A stretch of 63,392 nt of DNA, counting the filler, from Octopus bimaculoides (lineage: Eukaryota): NCBI RefSeq assembly GCF_001194135.2. It is 8 parts of 6 records of this genome, joined end to end, with 100 filler letters (N's around TTAATTAATTAA, not from the genome) between each part and the next. Parts side by side here need not be neighbours in the genome. Positions count along the whole stretch, not along the records: positions 34,490 to 52,946 come from NC_068981.1; positions 53,047 to 58,621 come from NC_068984.1; positions 58,722 to 61,018 come from NW_026377812.1; positions 61,119 to 63,392 come from NC_068984.1; 4 more parts are not named here. One strand, 5' to 3'. Positions within the stretch are counted from its first letter, which is position 1; each line of letters starts with the position of its first letter. The notes beneath the pieces were generated by a model, which ran no database searches, was not told the origin of the DNA, and saw nothing but the letters and a program-made list of their open reading frames with translations. Positions 50,657 to 61,670 of this stretch are shown piece after piece. The position numbers were made by a program, and so were the translations under genes.

Positions 50657-51349
50657 CCTATATAAAAATAATGACAATATTGTATGATGAATATCAGCAA
50701 CATGGCTGAGAGAAAATACCTCAAGGAAGTATTTTGCAGTTTACTAAACTGAAATATGATAGAATCTCACATACTTACACATGAGAATCTTATCTATCTT
50801 GAATGACTTCTTTCTAGAGTCCCACAGCCTTAGTAAAGTTAAAGCTGGATGAAATTCTTCATAAAACACAAAGAGAGAGAGAGAGAGAGAGAGAATTGTA
50901 CTAGTCACAAACAGTGGATAGGATCCTCTTAAAACCTATCATATGGTCCTACTGCTTTCTAAACCTGTTAAAAAAAAAATATTAGATTATATCTGAGAAT
51001 GCAATTTCCATGATATGATATACTTTGATAATACAGCCAAGTAGAGGGATGTAACTATAATTATCTCAAACTTCAATTTAGGTTAAAGAACTCTCTTATC
51101 TCTAACTGAGTATGGGAGGGCTTGAAAGGGTTATAGGTACTGTTCCACTTCTTTGGGATTAAATAATAAAAAGAAAAAAATGTGTGAGTATATGTGTGTG
51201 TATGTGTGTAAGTATGTGTGTGTATGTTTGTGCATGTGTGTGTGTGCATACATGCAAGCATACATGTCAGTGTGCTTATATAATGATAAGCATGCACAGG
51301 CAGCAACATATAAATGTACATGTGTACATCATAATACACACCCCCACAG

Positions 51350-51392
<43 letters not shown>

Positions 51393-52221
51393 CCTACCTT
51401 TCTGTCTGTCTGTCTGTCTATCCATCCAACCATCTATCTATTTATCTATCTGTCTGTCTGTCTGTCTGTCTATCAATCCATCGATTCATCCGTCCATCCA
51501 TCTGTCTGCCTCTCTCTCTGTCTGTCTGTCTGTCTGTTTATCTATCACCTGTGTGTTAGTATATGTGTACATATTTGTGTGTATGCATGTTTATGTGTGT
51601 GTGATCAATTCATAGAAGGTATTTGAGCATTGGACAGTATGTATTGCAATATTTGTTTCAGTCCACTGCATTCTGAGTTCAAATCCTGCTGAAGTCTGCT
51701 TTTCTTCCCATCCTTCAGGATTGTATTCAGATCCCCCTGCCCCCTCTCTCTCCCTCTCCCTCTCTCTCTCTCTCTCCCCCTCTCTCTCTCTCCCTCTCCC
51801 CCTCTCTCTCTCCAGCTGTCACATTCTGGATGTTCTAGATTAAATGAAAGAGAGCAAAGATAGTATCTGTGTCTCCTTACAACTTTATAGTCCCCAGACT
51901 ATTTCCACAGCAGAAGGTTTTCTCATATCCAAATGCACTTGAACACATGAAATATGACTTTACACAGATATATTCTATTCAGCACTGCTTTGTGCAATAT
52001 TGTGTGTGTGTGTGTGTGTGTCTGTAATTGTGTCTATGTGCATATTTGTGTTTCCTTGTCTTGATATCATGTTATAGTTGTAAATGATTGTCACTGCCAT
52101 ACAAGCTGTGTCATTCATTTCCAGTAATCAGCATAAACATGTTTGACCATTATTATTGGGGTATATTACCTTACTTTGAAAGCAATGAAGGTCCACAACA
52201 AGAACGTTATATCATCATCAT

Positions 52222-52420
52222 CATCATCGTTTAACATCCATTTTCCATGCTGGCATGGGTTGGGCGGTTTGACTGAGGACTGGCAAGCCAGTGGGCTGCA
52301 CCAAGCTCCATCTACTCTGAGAGTGTAATGGGTGCTTTTTTATGTGCCACTGACATGGGAGCCAGTCTGAGGTCACTGGCATTGACCACGTTTGGATGGT
52401 GCTTTTTATGTGCCACCAAC
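52222..52420 (-). mobile_element. SINE-like family C
   Basis: catcgtttaacatccattttccatgctggcatgggttgg. Confidence 0.75.
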
Positions 52421-52489
52421 AAGCACCTTAACAAATTTCGCCTGACCTATGTATGCATGGAAAAGTGAAAGTTCAAACAATGATGACAT

Positions 52490-52800
52490 TGATGCCAAAA
52501 TTAACTATCCTGGTGCCATGTAAGCACTCGTGCCAGTGCCATACAAAGGCATTTGTGCTAATGGCACAGTATAAAGCATCCATGCTGGTGCCATGTAATA
52601 ACACTGGTACTGGTGCCATGTAAAAAGCACCCAAGATATTCTGTAAAGTGATTGGCATTAGGAAGGGCATCCAGCTGTAAGTAAAAACTAGGCCAAAACA
52701 GACAATTGGAGCCTGAGGCAGCCTCTGGCCTTACCGGCTCCTGTCAAACCACCCAACTCATGCCAGTATGGAAAGCGGACGTTAAATGATGATGATGATG
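52490..52800 (+). mobile_element. SINE-like family C
   Basis: Tandem tggtgccatgtaa(aa)gcac units, ttggcattaggaagggcatccagctgt, tail ggaaagcggacgttaaatgatgatgatg. Confidence 0.8.
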
Positions 52801-52842
52801 AGGAGGAGGAGGATAAGGATGATGATGGTATATATATATATA

Positions 52843-52946
52843 TCATCATCATCATCATCATCGTTTAACGTCCGCTTTCCATGCTAGCATGGGTTGGACG
52901 ATTTGACTGAGGACTGGTGAAACCGGATGGCAACACCAGGCTCCAG
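52843..52946 (-). mobile_element. SINE-like family C, 3' end (cut by a gap)
   Basis: Nearly identical to 60600-60700. Confidence 0.85.
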
Positions 52947-55581
52947 NNNNNNNNNNNNNNNNNNNNNNNNNNNNNNNNNNNNNNNNNNNNTTAATTAATT
53001 AANNNNNNNNNNNNNNNNNNNNNNNNNNNNNNNNNNNNNNNNNNNNTTTCTATCTTTGCGGTGAGGTGTCTCGTTATTTTTCTGCTATTGTTGTTGTTAT
53101 CATCATCATCATCATCATCATCATCATCTTTATCATCATCATTACTACTATTGGAGTATTAATAACTCCTATGAAATGAACTTTCACATAGACCCATCCA
53201 AAATATACAGAACTGACATGCACACACTCAGCAAATTTCTTTAAAAACATAAACAGCCTTCAAAACACAGCAGATAGCTTTGGTATCAGGGACCATGTAC
53301 GTAGGAGAATGTCTGTGTATACATATTTGTATATGTATACGTATGTGCGAGGGGATAGGTGGATACATACACACATATGTTCTCACATATATATATGCTC
53401 TTGAATCATTGGACATCTAAGTATGGTTATGCACACAGTCACGAACATATATATTGGAGTGTCTACAACTATTTGTATGACCTCATATACTGTTTGTAGG
53501 CTTTTTATGTGCCTTATATTTTTATATTTTTATATTTCATATTTTCATTTTTCATTTATTTATTTATTTATTTTACTTTTGCTGTACCCTTATTTTTATT
53601 TTTATTTTTATTTCAATTTTGTTTTTATCTCTTACTGTATATGTGTGGAATTTTTTGTGAATCTCTGAAGACGCCTAGCGAATTGTGCATATACCCCCAT
53701 TTCAACATTTCATCCGCTAATTACTCCGGCAGGAGTTATTCGGATAGAATGGGGCATGCCAACACGAGGCCAAAACAGCTGTAAGTTTATGTTTATTCTC
53801 AAATTCCTAATGTACTTTATATTTATAAACCCGATTGTCAATATAGCATGGTTTGTCATAAACATTTGTATTTTGTGGTTTTTTTGTCATTTTAGTTACA
53901 AAATAAGTTAATTTCAACGGAATACACTGTCTGCAAGCCGTTGGGTACAGCATATTATCCTTCATTTTCTAATTGCTATATAAATTTAGGGTAAAATAAC
54001 CCCCCTTTTACCCGCACCCACTTATTACACTTGGTATAACACTAGTGTAACAATAATTGGGTACCCTCCCAGCAGTATATTGGATAGATACTATCCCTTA
54101 GTGGGTTGAATCCTCAACCCCTAACTCTCTTACATATNNNNNNNNNNNNNNNNNNNNNNNNNNNNNNNNNNNNNNNNNNNNNNNNNNNNNNNNNNNNNNN
54201 NNNNNNNNNNNNNNNNNNNNNNNNNNNNNNNNNNNNNNNNNNNNNNNNNNNNNNNNNNNNNNNNNNNNNNNNNNNNNNNNNNNNNNNNNNNNNNNNNNNN
54301 NNNNNNNNNNNNNNNNNNNNNNNNNNNNNNNNNNNNNNNNNNNNNNNNNNNNNNNNNNNNNNNNNNNNNNNNNNNNNNNNNNNNNNNNNNNNNNNNNNNN
54401 NNNNNNNNNNNNNNNNNNNNNNNNNNNNNNNNNNNNNNNNNNNNNNNNNNNNNNNNNNNNNNNNNNNNNNNNNNNNNNNNNNNNNNNNNNNNNNNNNNNN
54501 NNNNNNNNNNNNNNNNNNNNNNNNNNNNNNNNNNNNNNNNNNNNNNNNNNNNNNNNNNNNNNNNNNNNNNNNNNNNNNNNNNNNNGGCCTAAGACACTAC
54601 ATGGACCCTAAAAGGATTTTGCTCCTGAAAAATGGAGCTCATGGAGCTGAAAAATGTGGGAGTTAAGGCCTCTATTGGGGGTGGGTGTATTAATGTCAAC
54701 CAGAGAAGTTGAATTGTTGGGAATCTTTTTAACTTGTGTGTAATATGTATTGTCTGAATTTCTTTGAAATAGGAAATATATGTATGTTCACTGGGTTTGT
54801 AAAAGAGAGCAAAGCTACAGGAAACCAAAAGACGAATGATCATGATAATCAGTCAGCTACCCTAGCCTAGTTGTTACTACTCCCCAATGTAGGATTCCTC
54901 ACTATACAAGTGACAGGCACAGCTGTAAGATGCATACGGATCTATAGCAATTGGAAGGGCATGATCCAATTGAAATAACAACGTGTGATGCTTGGAGTAA
55001 AGGGAAATGAAAGTGTCGCCTCTGGAGTTTGCGAATGACCACTATACCGATAGGTAACTGAGCAGAAAAATTTATAATCGATAAATGTCTTAGAACAACC
55101 AGTCACTCATCTGGGAAGGCCTTGAAATCAATGTTATCAACTGGGGACTATGTGTGTCGCAGTGATAATAAAAAGACTCAAAGGAGGTCTGCAACGAAAT
55201 AATTTTACTCAACACTTTGCAAGTGAATCAGTGGAGGCAAAGATGCGTCTCATTTACTTGACAATTTATGCACCACATTGCAGAAATCACAATGTAAGTA
55301 TACCTGAAAGGATAGTCTTACACTGTTGTACCGTTGAATTACAAATAATGCTCATCTGTATGGTTGGGTGAACCTATAGCTTCCAATAGTACAACTGTTT
55401 TTGTCTTTGCTTAGGAAAAATGACTAAATTGTGGGTGTGAAGTCCCCAAGAAGGGGTCTTTGTAACATCTAAGAAGAAGAAATTTTAGAAACATTATTTT
55501 ATTTGTGTGTAGTATGTATGGTTAAAATTTCATCAACATCAAAATTATATGAATGTTCATGGGGTTTATGGCCGTTATGCA

Positions 55582-55670
55582 TCTATATATATAAAAATGA
55601 GAATGTGTGTCTGTCTGTCTGCTCTGGAATTCAGCAGCGCAGTAAACCACACTTCTGAATTCCAGATCAG
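55582..55670 (+). mobile_element. Possible Helitron-type 5' end
   Basis: A^TCTATATATATAAAAATG followed by (GTCT)n and a 12-bp inverted repeat tctggaattcag...ctgaattccaga (55623-55666). No convincing 3' hairpin+CTAG found. Confidence 0.3.
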
Positions 55671-57513
55671 AAATTTAGAATCCAATATTTTGCTGAAACA
55701 GTAAGTGCTGTCAAAACTGAGTATCTGGAACTTCTTGATGTTTTTTAATGGTAAAACCATGTAGATCCTCATTATTGCATCTACTATTTCTTAAGGGATT
55801 CTATTAGAATTTGTTGCATCCTACCTCTATAAAATGTGTCACTTGAGAAATCCACGAATAGCAGAATGACAGCAAGACACTTTACTTGAACACTCTTTGG
55901 CAGTTAATAATTGACCAAATGTCCAACAAATTTTTACTGAATCCATTCTGATTTTTACATAGCCTCTTTGAAACAAACTCTGGCTGAGTACAACTGGGTA
56001 TCACCATGTAATAAATCTTAGCTATAATAGAGTTCCATACTTTGTTGAAACATCAACTGCTGTCACATGCACATACACAAAAGAGTAGTGTGTATGTGGG
56101 GTATCCCCAATATCTTCATGTCTAAATATATGTACATACGAAATACATGCACAAAACTAGTCTTTTGCAATGTTGAAATAATTTTTGTAGGTGAACGCAC
56201 TTCCATGGATAGCATAATGCTTCAACATAAACAATTTAGTGATAAAGTGATGTAAAGAAATGGCAAAAAGCTAACAAAAAAAATACAACAATGAAGATAA
56301 CTGTAAGTAACAAATGTAAACAACTGCAGAAATTAAAATTATTTATATAGTTAACCTAATGATTCAGAAAATTAAGATAAAATGTTTCTAAAACACAGAA
56401 AGAGGATGGGAGGAATTTTTGCCCTTCTTTTTAAACTTAAACAATAAACTATATCTTTGTAACCAGCTGACATTTCAATCACTGGATATTAGATACTAGT
56501 GAAAGATTAATCAAATAATGAAGGGGATCTGATAAATTCAAACATGCGGAATCTAAATGAGGAAGTAATTACAAGCATTGAGATAATCCTTGCAGTGCCA
56601 TTTTACTGATGCTGCAATCTCCCACTTTCTACAAAGGTCATTGTTTGAAAAACATCTATTTAAATCCAAGTATTTCCTGTACCTTCTAATTTCTACTTAA
56701 ATTATCTTTCAACTCTTGCTCTGCTTTCCATTACAGCACAGCAGTTTTGAAACTAAATTTAACGAGTCACAACAACTAAAACATTTACAAACAAACCCCA
56801 GCTGATGATTTTTCAAATTTTTCATTACAATAATGGAATGCTATTAATCAAATTCATCGCAAATTTAGCCATTGCAAAATCATTTATTAAAATAGCATAA
56901 CTGATGACATTATATTAAATTTATTCTTCATTTCAGATCTTTGTCGTTCAGACAATATGCTAAAATTGCTCTATCACTGAGAACTTGACATTTCAAAATG
57001 TTGCATAATGTCTTAGATTAAAATATAGATATCAGTAAATGGGTTAAGAGTTCACTCCCAAATACAAAAAAAAAAAAAGAAAAAAAAAGCATTTGTGTCT
57101 AAAAGCATCTAAAAAATAAGGGACAGGAAGTGAAGAGAAAGGGAATTCAAGTCGAGTTTTCAGTTAAGAAACATATTAGTGTTTACATTTCAGAATTAAA
57201 AATCTATTTAAAAATGAAAAAAAATTTAGCTTGCAGTGTCAAACATATACCCATATAGTACTGAGATCAGTGGTTAAAGCACAAGCCTTATCAAGAATGT
57301 TGAGTTTGAGGGTATGCCCGAATGTACAATCACTAATTTTTATGTCATGTGTCTATCTTTTATCCTTTACTTGTTTCAGTCATGCAGGGGCATAACCTTG
57401 AAACAAATCTAGCTGAAAAAAATCAACCCCAGACCTTTTTGTTTTTGTAAGCCTGTTACTAATTTTATCAGTTCCTTTGGCTGAACTGTTACATTACAGC
57501 AATGTAAACTAAC

Positions 57514-58154
57514 TTTTATATCTTGGTGTTGGATAAATAATTTAACGAAACAGAGGAAAAGTATTCACACAACAATATACAACTACTGTTACATGAGGTT
57601 AAATGTTCTCTGCCAATGGCTCAGTGAAATGCTTCCCTATCAATTGCTCACCTCTAAACTGCTGACCGTTCTTTCTTGTATCGCAATGACTCAGTCCATT
57701 TTTAGTCATGTGGGGGTGGTTGGAAACCTTCCACAACATTTCCCGTTTAAAATTAGTCTCCCAACTTCTCCCTTTTGGAGAATTAAACTCCACTCAGAAT
57801 TTTAATATCTCTTATGCTTAGGGTTCAATTTCAGTAATCCCTTCTTCCGGATTAGTTGAATTCTTCAATTGAATTTGCTATGCTGTATAGCGAGTAAGAA
57901 CCTGCAATATTTTCTGACTTCCTCAACATTAATTCCAGCAACTGTTGATTTTGTTGTAGTTGCAGCAGCTGTTGTTGCAACTGCACCATGAAGGCCAATA
58001 AGTCTTCCATGTTAAAATGACTTTTTCTCTGGTTTCATACAAAAAAAAAAGTCTAAATATCCAACACAAGCTTCGAACAACTTGTCCCCACTTTTTATAT
58101 CAATGAATCAATCCACTTTTAGTTTCTTGGAGGGGGTGGAAACCTTCCACAACA
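57514..58154 (-). mobile_element. Internally deleted Ty3/Gypsy-like LTR element (641 bp), 5-bp TSD CTAAC
   Basis: Both LTRs start TGTTGTGGAAGGTTTCCA (58154 and 57738, minus strand) and align for about 65 nt. A purine-rich AAACGGGAAA precedes the 3' LTR. CTAAC at 57509-57513 and 58155-58159. Confidence 0.75.
57852..58010 (-). pseudogene. Gag N-terminal remnant (52 codons)
   Basis: MEDLLAFMVQLQQQLLQLQQNQQLLELMLRKSENIAGSYSLYSIANSIEEFN*, continuing NPEEGIT after a frameshift (cf. the SIANSIxEFxYxPExGxT motif of invertebrate Gypsy gag, recalled). Confidence 0.6.
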
Positions 58155-58253
58155 CTAACCAACGCCAACTATCAAGTGGTGATAGGGGACAAACATAAAT
58201 ACATATGCATGCACATGTGTGTGTGTGTATGTATGTATGTATATATATATATA

Positions 58254-58587
58254 GTGCCGATGGACTGGCTCCTGTGCAGGTGATACGTAAAATACACCAT
58301 TTCAAGCGTGACTGTTGCCAGTGCCGATGGACTAACTCCTGTGCAGGTGGCACGTAAAATACACTATTTCAAGCGTGGCCGTCGCCAGTACTGCCTGACT
58401 GGCCCTCGTGCCGGTGGCACGTAAAAGCACCCACTACACTCTCGGATTGGTTGGTGTTAGGAAGGGCATCCAGCTGTAGAAACTCTGCCAAATCAGATTG
58501 GAGCCTGGTGTCGCCTCCTGGTCCACCAGTCCTCAGTCAAATCATCCAACCCATGCTAGCATGGAAAGCGGACGTTAAACGATGATG
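58254..58587 (+). mobile_element. SINE-like family C with about 66-nt tandem units
   Basis: 2.5 copies of gtgcaggtggcacgtaaaatacac.atttcaagcgtg...gccagt, then the family C 3' region and gatgat tail. Confidence 0.85.
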
Positions 58588-58589
58588 TA

Positions 58590-58621
<32 letters not shown>

Positions 58622-58837
58622 NNNNNNNNNNNNNNNNNNNNNNNNNNNNNNNNNNNNNNNNNNNNTTAATTAATTAANNNNNNNNNNNNNNNNNNNNNNN
58701 NNNNNNNNNNNNNNNNNNNNNTATATATATATATATAGATGTATATATAAATAAAGTAATATTATTACTGTTATTTACAGTAATAATAAGGTGGCTAGCA
58801 AGTTCACACCTTTACAGGCACACTATAAAGTAATATA

Positions 58838-59164
58838 AGATTAGGTAAGGTATATAATAACACTTGCTAAAATCAGAAGCGTTGCTCCAAAATCCACCAT
58901 GAAAATTACAATGAAGATACACATGAGCAATACAATAAACATTTCAGAAATAGGTTTACCTCTGATTGGAATACATAGATAAGTAATACATATTTCAGTA
59001 TCAATTGATTTCATGCTTTGCATGACAAACATGCTTTGCAATCTTCAGTTGAAAACAGCATTTAACATCCATTACTGATGTGTACCTTTATCGTAATCTT
59101 TATGGTGGTTTTTGGAGCAACAGCTCTGATTTTAGCAAGTGGTATTATATACCCTACCTAATCT
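58838..59164. mobile_element. MITE with about 95-bp terminal inverted repeats, unclassified
   Basis: agattaggtaaggtatataataacacttgctaaaatcagaagcgttgctccaaaatccaccatg... vs ...atggtggtttttggagcaacagctctgattttagcaagtggtattatataccctacctaatct. Confidence 0.82.
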
Positions 59165-59166
59165 CA

Positions 59167-59209
<43 letters not shown>

Positions 59210-59430
59210 TGGTAATGGTATCCAGAAGACCCACTTATACTTCCTATATCCATCTTTTTCCAAAATAATTCCTTATATTCAACTCTACTATTTTCCTCTA
59301 GTTAACTCTCTCATATTAACTCTGATGAAGGGATATCTCTCATATCCCAGAAACAGCTGTAGGACTGCCTTTCTCTTTCTAAACGAGCTATAAATTCCAC
59401 ACAACCTTGGTTTGGTTGTCTTATTTTATT

Positions 59431-59479
<49 letters not shown>

Positions 59480-59491
59480 TACATACATACA

Positions 59492-59530
<39 letters not shown>

Positions 59531-60177
59531 GTAATATATTATGTGATAATTATTCGGTTTCCAACCCCAAAATCCGAAACTCGAAGTTTTATTTCCTTTC
59601 CTACCTAGTCTCCTTCTTCTTCTTATCCTCCTCTCCTCCTCTTCTTCTCCTCTCCTACTTCCTCTTCCTCCTCCTTTTTCTCCTCCTTCTCCCCTTCATC
59701 CCCTCCTCCTCCTCCTCCTTCTTCTTTTTCTTCATTTTCTTCTTCCACTAAGAACATCCCCCCCACCACCACCATATTTCCTGATTATCATTAGAGCAAC
59801 AGGATAGGTGCCAACGCTTCGAGATCAAAGTACGACTGAACATGCAATCTCAGACAATGAGTGTGACTCCATTATTTTGGTTGCAATAGATAAACACCAT
59901 TTACAGAACAAAATAAATCCCTAAGACCTGCATCAAATTTAATGCTTGAATGGTCTCAGAACAAACAAACTGACAGTCTCTTGTACTTCTTCTTTCTAAA
60001 TAACTATTATCTACATTTATATATCATCGTCGTCGTCGTCGTCGTCGTCGTCATCATCATCATCATCGTCATCGTCGTCATCATTTAACATCCGCTCTCC
60101 ATGCTGTCATGGGTTAGATGGTTTGATTGAGGACTGGCTATGTATGTATGCATGTATGTATGTATTTATATAATAAT

Positions 60178-60590
60178 GTGGGTGTGTGGTAAGAAGCTTG
60201 CTTCCCAACCAAAAGGTTCTAGGTTCAGTCCCACTGCATTGCACCTTGGTCAAGTGTCTTCGACTATAGCGTCAGGCTGACCAAAGCCTTGTGATTTGGT
60301 CGACAGAAGCTGAAAGAAGCCCATCATATATATATATATATATATGTATATATCTATGAGTGTGTATGTTTGTGTGTGTGTTTGCACAACCCCATCATCA
60401 CTTAACAACCGGTGTTGGTGTGTTTACATCCCCATAACTGAGCAGTTCAGCAAAAGTGACTGATATAATGAGTACTAGGCTTAAAAATATATTCTGGGGT
60501 TGATCTGCTTGGCTAAAATCCCCCAAGGCTGTGCCACAGCATGGCCTCCAATCAAATGACTGAAAGAAGTAAAAGAAAAAAAGAAAAAGA
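60178..60590 (+). mobile_element. tRNA-derived SINE family A, full length
   Basis: gtgtggtaagaagcttgc (A-box-like), ggttcagtccc (B-box-like), ccttggtcaagt (CORE-like start), internal (TA)/(TG), tail tcaaatgactgaaagaagtaaaag. Confidence 0.9.
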
Positions 60591-60595
60591 ATACA

Positions 60596-60748
60596 TCATC
60601 ATCATCATCATCATCATCGTTTAACGTCCGCTTTCCATGCTAGCATGGGTTGGACGATTTGACTGAGGACTGGTGCAACCGGATGGCTACACCAGGCTCC
60701 AATCTAATTTGGCAGAGTTTCTACAGCTGGATGCCCTTCCTAACGCCG
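60596..60748 (-). mobile_element. SINE-like family C, 3' half
   Basis: Matches 15216-15340 and 52843-52946; a shorter piece lies at 60072-60138. Confidence 0.85.
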
Positions 60749-60975
60749 ATACATATATATTTTAAATGATTGATTTATTTATATGTATGTATGTGTGTGA
60801 ATATATATGTATATGTGTTTATGTGTGTGTGTGTGCATATTTTGTACATGTGAGTACGTATGTGCATATATATATATGTATACACAAACATGCATATACA
60901 AATATATACAGATTTATACATATATACATATGGAAGAGACAGATGTATATGTATACATACATGCATGCATGTGTG

Positions 60976-61018
<43 letters not shown>

Positions 61019-61139
61019 NNNNNNNNNNNNNNNNNNNNNNNNNNNNNNNNNNNNNNNNNNNNTTAATTAATTAANNNNNNNNNNNNNNNNNNNNNNNNNN
61101 NNNNNNNNNNNNNNNNNNACTGCACATATAATACATACA

Positions 61140-61511
61140 GGAGTGGCTGTGTGGTAAGTAGCTTGCTTACCAACCACATGGTTCCGGGTTCAGTCCCACT
61201 GCATGGCACCTTTGGCAAGTGTCTTCTACTATAGCCTCAGGCCGACCAAAGCCTTGTGAGTGGATTTGGTAGACAGAAACTGAAAGAAGCCCGTCGTATA
61301 TATGTATATATATATATGTATGTGTGTTTGTCCCCCCACCATCGCTTGACAACCGATGCTGGTGTGTTTACATGCCTGTAACTTAGCGGTTCACCAAAAG
61401 GAGACCGATAGAATAAGTACTAGGCTTACAAAGAATAAGTCCTGGGGTCGATTAGCTCAACTAAAGGCAGTGCTCCAGCATGGCCACAATCAAATGACTG
61501 AAACAAGTAAA
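61140..61511 (+). mobile_element. tRNA-derived SINE family A, full length
   Basis: ggctgtgtggtaagtagcttgc...ccgggttcagtccc...cctttggcaagtg...gctccagcatggccacaatcaaatgactgaaacaagtaaa. Confidence 0.92.
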
Positions 61512-61529
61512 TGATAAAAAATATAAAAG

Positions 61530-61670
61530 ATATAATGGGATTCTTTGAGTTTTTGTCAACTAAATCCACTCGCAAGACTTTGGCTGGCTTGGAGCTATAG
61601 TAGAAAGCACTTACAGTGTTATGAAGCGGGATTGAACCTAAAGTCACATGGATGAAAAATAAACTTCTTA
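61530..61670 (-). mobile_element. SINE family A, 5' half, degenerate
   Basis: aaatccactcgcaagactttgg...ctatagtagaaagcactt...gggattgaacc is the reverse complement of 61185-61275. Confidence 0.65.

Larger units (their letters stand above)
57355..58200 (-). mobile_element. SINE family A split by the LTR element
   Basis: 57355-57513 (ttacttgtttcagtcat...gctgaactgttac...gtaaac) continues at 58155-58200 (taaccaacg...tcaagtggtgataggggacaaac), as in intact minus-strand copies. Confidence 0.7.

Noticed and set aside
56938-56990. Strong-looking acceptor ttcttcatttcag followed by a short open frame; similar isolated splice-like sites near 17699, 27600, 53670-53780 and 310 (-)
   Set aside because: No recognisable protein, no consistent exon chain, and stops follow quickly. 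Needs RNA-seq.
58254-58430. CRISPR-like reading of the about 66-nt repeats
   Set aside because: The units are contiguous with no unique spacers, there are no cas genes, and the context is eukaryotic.
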